DNA of 64,000 nucleotides from Ascidiella aspersa (Eukaryota): NCBI GenBank assembly GCA_963924565.1, contig OZ004607.1, positions 23,622,001 to 23,686,000 of the forward strand, read 5' to 3'. Shown piece by piece: positions 1 to 11,494 of this stretch (position 1 is its first letter; each line of letters starts with the position of its first letter). The notes under the pieces were generated by a model. It saw only the letters and a program-made list of their open reading frames with translations, ran no database searches and was not told where the DNA came from. The position numbers and the translations under genes were made by a program.

Positions 1-23
1 TATTATTATTTGTTGTTATTTAA

Positions 24-38
24 TGACGTGGACCAATC
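24..38 (+). promoter_or_regulatory. Adjacent TGACGTGG (ATF/CREB/XBP1-type) and CCAAT motifs
   Basis: tgacgtggaccaatc lies ~150 bp upstream of the ATG-bearing exon at 181. Confidence 0.3.
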
Positions 39-180
39 GCAGACCTGCCACCATACACATTGCTCAGGCGATGTGTAAAAGCCGTTTGCATTAAGCCAAA
101 CGAAACTTAACGAAACCGATCTTAACTAAACCAACTGAACGTAACTGGAACTGAACTGGACAACCAACCCAACTAAAATA

Positions 181-3100
181 ATGGACAGACGTTATTATGC
201 TGGACTGTTAGTACTGTGCAGTGTGCGTGGACCTTACGCTATTCCTGTAAGTTGATTGCCGGTCTGATATTATTCAATAAACACAGATACGTTTAATACC
301 TTGCTGTGGCTAAGCTGTTGGAACATGCAACCTTCAATCAACCTTTAACAAATGGAGTCGGACTCAAATCTAAGCAGAAACCAGCATCAGTCTTTCAGCT
401 AATTCAATTTAGCCTTGCACAACGATGTCGCAATTTCCTTAACGGGCGTTTAGCTGCAAAAAAACTTTACATTTTAAAATGCATAAAGTACCTACCTTGC
501 AGGCTTATCTTTGGTAAATTTTAGTTTTTCAGCGAGGTTACGTACAGTCTAAGTACAAAACAGAGCCGGATTTAAAAATACTTTGGCGGAGTCCTAAAAC
601 AAGCTTTGTAAAGCCCCTTTTCCATCTATTTTATGTGAGATAAAAAATGAAGACACGAACTTTTTTTAACTAATTCAATTAAATAAACTGGAATTTTTTA
701 TAAACTGAAAAGCGACGAACGATAAACATTACTATTTTGTATGTTGTCTAACTAATACGTAATTCAAAAATACCAAATAGTTTTTTTAGGGGGCGCGAAG
801 CGCAGGATAACCACCAAGGAAAGGTTAAGAACTAATAAAGGTTAAGACTTAACTAGAGTAGTATAGCCTACCCGAGAAGAATTTATAAACAGAGTTATTT
901 TACCGATCTTTCACGGAATCAAACATAAATAAACTTAAAATTTTAAAAATAGCTCAACTGAAAGTCGTTTAAATTGAATTTTCTAGCTAAGGGTAGGCTG
1001 ATTTCAAAAAAAAAATTAAAAATGTTAGCCATTTAGCAATTCTTTCTCAAAACTATAAAAGTAACATTTTTTACTTAGCAAAATTTTTTTAACATAAATT
1101 AATTATTTTTCCAGCGGGTGTTGTTAAGAAATATTTTCCTGGGGGTGAGGTTGCTGGGGCTAGGTCCTTTTTGTGTGTGGTGAGTAGAAAAATTTAAAAG
1201 GATATTATCCGGCGGGTGCTGGGAGATAACGAAGGAGCTAAGCGAGCGCCGTCGCAAACCGGTCACCGTTAGGCAATTTTTATTCTCAAGGGTTTTTTTT
1301 CACGTATGACGCAATTTGATGCCGGTATTATTGCTTGCATATTACGCAAGTCTAAACAATTGCCGATACAACTTAAAGTTTAACGTTTGTTAGTAATTCT
1401 AGATCGATAAATGTCGCAGGTTTTCAGCATTAGGCCTACAAATCAAATTGAAGTCATAACACACTGATTGCCTTAATAGAAAAAAGTTTTAACATTTCCA
1501 ACTTAAGACTTATATGTTTAAAAACTTTTTGATGTCCGTTATACCGCGCACAATTTACGCAAAATTTCGCATTTAATGCGGCGGTTTTAATACTAACCAA
1601 TTTTCAGTTTCAATCGAGATTTTACTTATGTTGGACGCAACATGGTACAGGGATTACGTCTCTGCTTAAAGGGTTTACGTTTTTGAGTGGTTACAAAATT
1701 GCTTTTTGGTTACATACTTTGTCGCATTGTATGAAAAAAACTGTGTAAAGATAGCAATTTAATCGCACAAGACGAGGAATTGAATTTGTTTCTTTAAAAA
1801 TTGCTTTTTGGTTACATACTTTTTTGTACTGTACAAAAAACTTTAATGGCAATTACCTGCGTGTAAATAAAAATAAAATTAGGTATATTGCCTTTATTTA
1901 AATTAATTACTTTTAGGTTTAAGAACTTCTTGAAGTATATGTTACCGCGCCAAATTTAGGTAGAGTTCGCAAAACATCGCATTTAATGCGCCGCTTTTAA
2001 TCGTAACCAATTTTCAGTTTTAAACGAGATTTTACTTACGTTGGAGGCAGTATATGACACCAGGATTGCGTATTTGCTGAATATCACGCCATGCGAACAA
2101 TGGCTGCTATACAACTTAAGGTTTTACGTTAGTGAATGGTTCCCTATCGATATATGTCACTGGTTTTCGTTACGTAAAATATGTTTGACGTTCTTAGCCG
2201 TTGGGTATTTAATCGTTTCAATGCAAATAAGCAAACATTATTTGCAATTTTGTTTCAACAAAATGTAAAATTTTTGTTTGCGAAGACGAACAATTAGATG
2301 TTCCAGAGTCACGCAGATAAATGCGATAATTTATTAACACGCCATCTGATTAAATGCTGCTTCCACACAGGCTAAAGAATGTAACTCCTTTTGTGGGGAA
2401 TCATTTAGTTAACCCATTTCGGGTACAATAAGCAAAAAATAGTCAAGGTACGACCAACATATATGCTGTATATAACAATTAACGGTTGTGGAAATCAAAA
2501 TGTTTTATTTAGAAAAAATTAAAATGTTTACGACGTTACACACTATTTAGCACACAAGCCAGGATATTACGCTATCCGTAACATTAGTTTTAAGCAACAT
2601 GGTAAATTACCTTTTCAAATCATCGGCAATAACACGCGGCTCAAACAAATGACGCAAAGTACAATATAATATGTAATAGTTCTAAGAGGCCAGCTTGATG
2701 GAATCCTACATTTTGTTGTAGGATTCCAACTTATGCTTGAGAATGATTTGGTCCAGGAATACGAATTTGTCATGTACACAGCGCCTCTGCCAACATGTAC
2801 GGCGTAATATTGTTGCTGTTTTCACAAGGGCCGCATCCTACTTTATTTATTGAACGTATTTACCCGACTCATTTTATTCACAATACAGAACATTACTTTC
2901 GGTTACAATTTAAATTACTTAGTCAAACCACCCTTAAAAATAGGGTCCTGAAAAATACCTCCTGAAAAAATATAAAACAACCGCAACCCCGTTAAGTTAA
3001 TTACCTGCAATAAATCCTTTGTATTAGGTCAACATTAAGTTTATTTGCAGTTTTCAATATGCGTCCCGGATTTACGTTTCTAAAAAATGGCAAGCCTATA

Positions 3101-4004
3101 GCTAAGGGGTTTATCTAATCCAAGGGTTCCCAACTTGTGGTACAGGTACGAGTACCACTAGTGATACGCGAAGGTTTGTCAGGTGGTACGCGAGTATCTT
3201 CCGTTTTTTCACAAAAACTTGCATTTACAACTTTATATTTTGTTTATCTGGTTTTGTTTACAAAACAATTCCCGAAGCCAATTCACTGCTACGCAACTAT
3301 TCCTGTTGTTTCGTATCATTACGATCTTCGCATTACAGGTCATGTCAATTGTCAACAAGGAGCACAGTTGCTTTGAAATGTGACTGTCGTATAGCCCTAT
3401 GGGACAGTGGGCGTTAATTATGCCAAAAAATGCTCTTGATAGATACCAACTACTGTTTTATAGCTTAATCCACAAATAGCGTTAAAAAAATAGATAAAAA
3501 AAAATACTCGATCAAATTAGTTGTTCTGCAAAAAGTGGTACGCGTGGCAGTACAGAGCGTTCAAATGATACGAGATTGTAAAAAGGTTGTGAAGCCCTGA
3601 TCTAGTCTGATGACCCACAATAGATGTTTGAAGAATATTTAACTATATATGGCATTGCCATTCTAATTTAAAATTGGTACTGCGCATGCGTGCGTCGGAC
3701 TAAGTCTGGAGTAGTTTTACTTACTCGAGTCCCGAGTCGGACTCAAGCAAAACAAATTGACCCTGTCAAGTTCTGCTTCCCAAGTCCGACTTGAACTCCG
3801 CAGCCCTGGTCAGTATAAAAAAAATAGGGCTTTATATATTATTGAAAAGAGTTCGTGAGTAAAAAGGTTGCAGACCACTGGTTTAAGGTATAAGCCTCGT
3901 ATATTTTCGCTTGTAATATTTTTGAAAATGTTTAATAGGTTTCAATTTTAGGTTTGAAAAGGCACATCCTTGCAGCTTGTTCGAGAGTGTGTTGCGAACT
4001 TTAA
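181..4004 (+). CDS. Putative small secreted Cys-rich peptide gene (spliced)
   Basis: ATG at 181 (A at -3) gives MDRRYYAGLLVLCSVRGPYAIP followed by a perfect gtaagt donor (247). Candidate micro-exon 2371-2380 and last exon 3952-4004 give ..AKECLKRHILAACSRVCCEL*. Upstream TGACGTGG and CCAAT motifs. No homology recognised. Confidence 0.3.
1540..2145. repeat. Diverged direct duplication (~150-200 bp units at ~1540 and ~1942)
   Basis: Both copies share tcgcatttaatgcg.cg.ttttaat..taaccaattttcagttt.aa.cgagattttactta.gttgga. A second short duplication aaaattgctttttggttacatacttt occurs at ~1695 and ~1797. Confidence 0.8.
3121..3599. mobile_element. hAT (Charlie-type) MITE
   Basis: Ends caagggttcccaac / gttgtgaagccctg; 8-bp flanks atctaatc / atctagtc (7/8); subterminal gtggtac(g) motifs at both ends. 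Confidence 0.75.
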
Positions 4005-4674
4005 GGGCACGAACTATTTGCCCTTCTAACGAAAATAGTTTTCAATCCGACCCCTGTGTTAACATGTTTTCAGGTATACTTATACATGTTCTACATACAT
4101 CGCAACATATATATCACATGACAGGAATTACAAATTAGCATAGAAATAAGATAAGCTTGGTTACTTGTGTAAAAAAATTGTCTGTCCAAGCTTCATCAGA
4201 CAGGATATTTATGCAACCACGCTAAGATGTTAGTTTTCAGTATATATGCTGCTTTGTAAAAAAAATCAGTAGTTTTGCTGTTTACTGAAATAGTCATGTA
4301 TTGGTCGATAAACCTGAGAGTTCGAATGTGTCTAATTCCAATGTTGTCTTTGAGATAACTTTTTTCAAATCGTAAAGGTAGTTTTGTGCATTTTTTTGAG
4401 TATTGAATCGCTGTCTATTAACATGGTATATTTATATTATAAAGAACTACAGTCACTATACTTTCAAAAAATTTGAGCAGCAATACCATGTTTATTTATT
4501 TCTTCCCGAAATGTTATACCCCAGGCACGAACAACATAAAATGAGCAGCAACAAGAAATGTCTGTTTTTCGCGGCCAAAAAATTAACGTTGATGTGATCA
4601 TTGTAATACAAGATAATAGTCAAATAAAAGATTACCCCAAGTTAGGAAACAATAAACCAGTGACATATTTTATC

Positions 4675-5076
4675 CAGGGAGTCGAACCGTTTGACTTTTT
4701 CGGTTCAGCTTCGGTTCGGCTTTAAGGTTTTTTTTTTCGGAACACGGTTCAGTTCCGGTTTCTGTTCGGATTAATTTAAAAGTTCCGGTTCAGCTCCGGT
4801 TCGACCATCGTTAATTCAAAACCGGTTCATAAAGTTCCTTTTTTTTCTTGAAAAGTTCGAACATGGCATAACTTGACTCAGTAAAATACAAATTGTGCAT
4901 CATGCTGGAGTGAACCGCTTTTTTGTCAGGTTCGGGTTCGGTTAAGGTTTATATTCTTTCAAAATATTCGGTTCAGTTCCGGTTTGGTTCTTTTAAATCT
5001 TAAGCGGTTCATGTTCGGTTACGGTTTGTGAAAAAATGGCCCAAAAGTTCCGGTTTGGGTTCGGTTCGACTCCATG
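4675..5076. mobile_element. hAT-type MITE with CGGTTC subterminal repeats
   Basis: TIR cagggagtcgaaccg / cggttcgactccatg; perfect 8-bp TSD attttatc at 4667-4674 and 5077-5084. Confidence 0.9.
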
Positions 5077-6522
5077 ATTTTATCAGAATCGGGTTCTGTT
5101 CCGGTTTAGGTTTGGATTAAGTTAATAGTGCCGTCTCAGCGATAGGTCGACCCTAAGTTTTTTAAAACCGGTATGTAAAGTTAAAACCGTTTGAAGTTTA
5201 AGCACTATTAACTTAAACTTAAAACCGTTTGAAGTTTAAGCATTTTAGACTTTTTGTCTATAAAGCATTTAGATTTTTTGTCGTTTTTCGCGTAAGTCCA
5301 AACTTTTAATTGGTGGGGCATGACAATTTTGAACGATGTTGTCACAAAGTTACGTCAGAACACGTTATTAGGCGAAAACTCGTTTAAAATATTTATTTGA
5401 ATTTGTGCCTAAAGTACGTGCAAAGTGTAACAAAATTACGTTTGTTTGGTTTAACTAACAAACCTTTTAATTTAGAACGAGGCGTTAAGCATTTATCCAG
5501 ACAATTTTGCCAAACCACAAGAGTTGTTAATTAAGGCACTTGAGTAGTTACCCTACAGCTGCATGGTTATACAAATGACTCAATAGCTATGGCTCAAAAA
5601 ATCATTTTTGAAAGACACAACGCTCAAAAATCAGCTTTTTTATGTTTATATTTAAAAGACACAAAATAACTTTTAAAAAATATATTTAAATAGCGTAATA
5701 ATGAAGCCAAAAGGTGGAGTAAATCAACATTATCTTAAAAAAGGCGTTTGTACATTTATACTTTTCACATCGTTAGATTTGCCTACAAGTTCTTGGTTTT
5801 GAATAAGAGACTAAAAATGCAGTGGACAAAGTAGCGTTTTTTTAAAACTTGGTTTTGATTGGAACTAGAATCAAAGCAAAAATTCATTAATAAATAAGAT
5901 TATAATTAGTCGCTTTTCGTTCTAATTGTTTGAATTTGAACAGTGCCGGTGTAATCAGAAGTTTTTGCTTAACACAAGAAACGTTCACTAAGTTTGACGG
6001 TTGTAATAAACCCTAACAAGTTGCGTTCAATCGCCAAAAAAGGTAATTCAACTATAATTTTAGAACAAACTGAACTAGTAAGAATTTAGCGAGTTCAAAC
6101 AATACGGGAATGGTAGTAACAAAAATACAGGCTAGTCCAGGGTGGTTCAAAAAGAGGTTACTATAATTGCATCGGGTTATAATTGCATCGGTTCAATTTG
6201 TGTGGTGCGCATAAAAATACCTACATTCAATTGAGTTGGCAAAAAATTATAGGTCCTCGTGGTCGCCGCTACAGTTCAACGTCACACTCAGTGTTTTTTT
6301 AAGGTGTTTTGCGGTCTCTAAAAACTACTTAGCGGTCACCCAAACCAAACCTTAAAAAAACCCTGATCACACTAATAAACGTAAATGAGTGCGTAGGTGA
6401 GACAAGCTTTTATTTCTTCTACTTAAAGTTGCTGTTTTTAGCTCTGTAGAGCTGCCAAGTCAATGTGATCAACGTACCCCACTCTGTGCAATCAACGCTC
6501 CCCCACTCTGTCTAATTATTAT

Positions 6523-6981
6523 GTTATTAAAATACTTATTCCGTTTTCAACCACATGGCGTGATGCTGGATTCAACGCAATGAGCACATATTTAAAACGA
6601 AACTCCGTAAATCGCTTGGAAGTAAGGCATGACTTGCGTTTATGCTTATGCAAGTGGAGACGCGTTTGCAAAACCTAGTGAAACTGTGCAGGCGCAACCA
6701 TCGCACTGAATGCAATAACTGTTGAAACAAATTGAAATTTTTGTTATTGTTCGTTTGTTAAATTCAAATTTATATGTTAACTAAAACTTTCTAAAGGCAA
6801 TACTTTTTGTACACATGTGTATAGCCACAATTCTCTGGAACGCATAATCGCTCGAGTTGCTTTGTTCCAGCATTAATTGAAACATTTTTATTCGTATCCG
6901 ACACAAAATGGGGTTGCAATGTAAATTCTGATTTCATTTTCTTCAAAATTGGAGTCGCTTGTTAAAAGTTGAAGACTACTG
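6523..6981 (+). pseudogene. Decayed hAT-Charlie/Buster transposase C-terminus with right element end
   Basis: Translates ILIPFSTTWRDAGFNAMSTYLKRNSVNRLEVRHDLRLCL, then with frameshifts VETRLQNLVK..VQAQPSH*. This matches the Charlie/ZBED5-type tail (LLPF.TTYLCE.GFS..K.RNRL...D.RL.LS..QAQPSH). TIR-like aaaagttgaagactactg ends at 6981. Confidence 0.8.
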
Positions 6982-7259
6982 CTTTAAATTACCTCAAATC
7001 ATTATTCAATTTTTCAAGTTTTTTTGTCTATATGTATTTAGGCAACTGAATTGATCCAAGCCTTGTCCAATTTTCGCTATATTTTTTAGCTGGAAGTGGG
7101 CAGTTATTTTCTGGTATTAGCAGTTACGATATGCAGCAATGGCAACTTTTTAATTGTGTTATGGCAGGGATGGAAAATCACTGACTTGTGGATCAAAGTG
7201 AACCACCAAGAATTTTATTCGCACTTGTTTCAATAGAAGTATCGACATATAATCAAATT

Positions 7260-7473
7260 TCCAGATGCCGTCGGAAAGGCTTATTAAAATCAATCGGCCT
7301 ATGCAGGATTATCATGCGAGCAAAGCAAAGCTAGACAAATCTAGCTAGCCTGCGAAAATGAAGGTTCAACTCACGACCTCCAGCCAAACCGGGACCGTCG
7401 CCCTCTAAACGCAGGCTCAGTGGGAGGTGGTCGAGAAACGACCATTGCTTCGTTGCCTGCTGCATCCTGTTTG
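7260..7473 (-). mobile_element. Degenerate copy of the tRNA-derived repeat at 52021-52300
   Basis: aactcacgacctcc..ccgtcgc..ctcagtgggaggtggtcgagaaacgacc..cgttgcctgctgcatcctgtttg aligns with the reverse complement of ~52080-52300. Confidence 0.8.
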
Positions 7474-7541
7474 TAATAATACATTTCAGAAAACAATAAA
7501 TGTTTCACCAAATATTTGTTGTAAGGCACTAGTGTTTAAAC

Positions 7542-7679
7542 CAGTGCTTCGCAAACGGGGATCGTGCAAAGTGTTAGAAAGCGGACAACTAAAAGCATTT
7601 TGCTATCTCGGTAAAACTTAAAGAGTGACGAAACGTTAAGGAAATTAAAGCTCACAAACTAAAAAAAATTGAAGCCCTG
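7542..7679. mobile_element. Small nested hAT MITE
   Basis: cagtgcttcgcaaa ... ttgaagccctg with flanks gtttaaac / gttaaaac (7/8). Confidence 0.6.
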
Positions 7680-8002
7680 GTTAAAACAATGCTAAAAAGC
7701 TTTCCTAAATTTGTTTGATCTTATAAAAAACTTTGCTGTAGCTTTGTCAGTTCATCGATTTCGTGCAAATCCTAATTTATAAATCGTCTAAAACCCTACC
7801 AAAGACAATACACTTGTATAGAAGAAGCAGCCGCAAAGTTATGCATTAAATTGGCATGTGATTAAAAGTATATACATCGCCCACTTGTGCGTTTTTAAAG
7901 TTTAAGTCCCGTTTATGACCCGCACAAATAAAACCGGTCGCCATCCCTGTATTATGATTAGGACTGTTTCAATGCACTGCGAAGCGCTATGGCTTGGCAA
8001 TA

Positions 8003-8051
8003 TGACGTCACGATCACGTGAACCGCTCGATGATGGGCACGCAACTTCCTG
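8003..8051 (+). promoter_or_regulatory. Promoter-like motif cluster: CRE, E-box, ETS
   Basis: TGACGTCA 8003-8010, TCACGTGA 8014-8021 and ACTTCCTG 8044-8051 within 50 bp. Confidence 0.45.
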
Positions 8052-9251
8052 TTGCCTGTCAACCATTTAATTTAAAAAGATACCATGAAGCAACAGGAAA
8101 GATAGTAAGCATACTTTTACTTAGAAAACATTGGTTTAATTGAAAACAACACGTTCATCAAATTTAGAGGGGCATATAGGTGGATTAATTTTTGAATGTG
8201 TTAATTAGTGTTCCTTTAATCATCAGAAGTGCAACGTACACAGTTTACCGGTACTGGACCAGGAAAGTTTTTAATTAAAGTGACAGTATGTTTTACCAGC
8301 TCAATAATAGTTCATGTATGTTATGAAGGTTGTATAATGTGGTGCAAGACATATAGTAAGGCTCTGTGGTAAGCATTTCTTTAAATTTATGTAAATAAGT
8401 TTAAGCTTACGAGTTAGACTGCTTTGTGAAACGGTTTGTTTTGATTAAAATGTCACAATAACGCGTTACCGCAGTATTTGTCGGCCGCTGACTGTAGCTG
8501 TTATGTGTTCTGATGGTGAGTTGCATTTTCAAAACGTGACTATTTTATAAAAATAAAAAGGTTTCTGAGTAAAAAATGTAGGTTGCATACAATTGAAGAA
8601 AATACAAGTTAACCTACAGTCATATAATTTATTATACGCGGCATTTAATTAGCACAAATGGAAAAATGGTTTAGTCTTCTTTTTAGGTAAACCTCCCTTC
8701 CGTTTTTTTTTGTTTTTTTTGTAGTGGAACATCTTCAAGAATAATCATTATTTTATTCCGCCGTTTTTATCCAACTTCTGGTGTGTGAAATTGGCATGTT
8801 TAACGGTTTTACTAGCTAATGTCGCCAAGGGATTGTTTTAAAGTGACGCAGCAATATCAATCAGTCCATGGCATGTAGGCTACCAGCCAATACCGCTAAG
8901 CTTTCCGAAGAAATCAATGTTTGTAATCAATTAAAACCGCAATCATTCCCATGTGGCAAAGCAAATTGTGTATAAGACAATATTGAGTTAAGGGTTACAT
9001 AAAATTTACAATTTTACATGTTTTCGACAGCGTATTTCTCATAGTTAGCAACCATACAGTCAGGTCTAAGCTTTGGCGCAAAGTAGAAGAAGAAAAAAGA
9101 TTGCCAGCGACTAACTGTACAAACGCAACTTTGAGGCAGTTAGAACAACCAATTTTTAGTCAGTTTAAAGTTAAACCCCGAGGAAACATTACTGAATATA
9201 TATTCACTATTGAATAGCTGGCTAATATTTAATTTTTACAAAGGTATATAC

Positions 9252-9964
9252 CAGGGGTCGGCAACCTATGGCCCGCCAATGTAATTCATCCGGCCCGCCG
9301 CCTCTTTGACAAGTTAGACACGAGTCCATTTCAGTTACTTTTTGACTATTTTAAGTACGTAAATGCGAAAAATGTTCGCGCTTCGGGCGAATGATCTTTC
9401 TTCATCCAGTTTCTTTACGCTTTGATGCTCTTTTCGAACTAGATCAGCGCTTCTTTACCGTTGCGCTATGGAAAGCTGCCAGCGGTGTTGCGGACAAACG
9501 GAAAACCTATTCAAAATTATTGGACAAATATTTTTTAACAATTTTTTTTTGGAAAATGTAATAAAAACTCGCTGGAAATACCGGTATCCTAAAAAAATCG
9601 CGCTCGCTTCGCTCGCCAGGTGTGTCCGCACTTCATTTATAGTGAACTAGATTAACTATTAAACTTATCGCCTTCCCTCAAAGTAGTTTTATTACACTTT
9701 TCATTAGAAGTATGGATGACGACGTGTGATCTCGATTTTTAAATCAAGCAAGCGCCTTTTTCGCGCTTTGCGCCAACACTTTACTGCCTCCTTAAATTTA
9801 ATTAAACACGTTTTGAAGTGTAAAAAAAAAGATCCGAGGCCCGCCTGATTCACAGTTGTTGTAACGTTTTAATAACACAAATGTTAGTTAACATTTTTTG
9901 CGGCCCGCAGAGACCTTTGAGTTAGTATTTTGGCCCGCGACTACAGAAAGGTTGCCAACCCCTG
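9252..9964. mobile_element. hAT-Charlie-type MITE
   Basis: TIR caggggtcggcaacct / aggttgccaacccctg, ggcccgc subterminal repeats, flanks gtatatac / gtatatag (7/8). An isolated end of the same family is at 60010-60039. Confidence 0.9.
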
Positions 9965-11494
9965 GTATATAGGTTGGTCGCGAGGGTTTTTTGAACGCAA
10001 GTGTTTGATGGGCGATTGCTAATTTCTGTTTAGTGCTGGAATTTTTCTGCTAATGCAGAAATGTAAAGTCCGTAATCTTAACAGCTATTTGTTACAAAAG
10101 TAAATTTTAGACGATATCCAAACGTAGTTTTTATGTTACGTACGTTCCGTACCGCCTACACATAACGTGATTTTTACACACTCTTCACATAACATTTTAT
10201 TACTTGGTGACCAAAGTGTTTTTCGATTTATTAAGACATTAATAATTTTATCAAAATCTTATATTAAGCTTTTTTGTTATTTAATTTCGTTCCCCCTAAT
10301 TTTGTGACTATGATAGTGTCTCATCGCTAATAAGGTTTAAGCACTGCCCACCCGAGCTAGCTATTTTGGCTTTCTGCCGTCCCAAACACAAATTTTTATT
10401 TTCAAACAACACAATTTTAATATGACAAAGGAAGTTGCAGATTTATACAAAATATCAGCTGTCTTGCTTAAATTTGTTGACTATTTTAATACATCTGGAC
10501 CAAATTTCATTTCAAACCAAAGCCTTTATGTACTTAAAAACAATACATTTCTATACTGTATGTTGTCGGCCGCTGAAAAGCGTTGATTAAAAACGAGTAA
10601 ATTAGAACAGTTAATCAATATTTCACTTCTTCGCAAATAAACAGCTTCCCGCCCTTAATTAACTGTAGTCGAACAGTTGAGTTTGTACCTCGTCTGTTTT
10701 TTTTAATTTTCACGCGTCGTCTTGCTAATCAGTTGCGTTCTAATCGATTGCAAGCTTGTATTAGTATTTTGCAATTTGGCTGTTGACTAAAGAAAAAAGC
10801 ACCTCGCCAAAAGAATATTCCAAATAAAACCAGCCAAACGTTCAAAACTCGTTGCTGCCGCAAGGCGTTGCAGCTATTTACAGCTTATTTGTTTGTATTG
10901 TATACTAATTGATAAGATAAGCTTATATTGGTAATGTTCAATTAAAAATAGTAATTTGATTAGATTGTTATTGGCAGTTTGTTACGATTAGCGCTATGAT
11001 AGTTGGCAGTACAAGACGAGGAAATGTTCTAATAACAATGCAACTTATTTAACAAAGTTGTTGTACAGCCCTATGTATATAGTTCTGTAATAGCAAATTA
11101 GGAAGATGCAGGCTGTACGATTGTTTGTAGCAGAAGACTATGTTAGAAAAGGAATATGTTGTACTGACACATAATATATAATATAATGTAAAAAATTCGC
11201 TTTCCCTCTGTTGAAAATATGCACGCAAAATATCGTCGCTGGTTTTTCGTCGATATTAATGCAATTAGGCGCCAACTGGTGGGCTAGGCACCAATCACTT
11301 ATAAAAAGTGTCAGGATGAATATGTCACCAAGAGGTCTTCAAACAAAGGATGTAAGCTTGAATGCTTCCTGCTTATGTAGTTTAATGATATTTATTCTTA
11401 CTTGTAACCTTAAACTGTGTGGTATGTTGTGCATGCTTTGTTTAATATAGAGGGTGCTGTATCCTGTAGCAGTTAGGTTAATAAACGTTTAAAT

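Larger units (their letters stand above)
7165..7949. mobile_element. hAT-type non-autonomous element containing nested insertions
   Basis: TIR cagggatgg / ccatccctg; flanks tgttatgg / tattatga (6/8). Confidence 0.65.
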
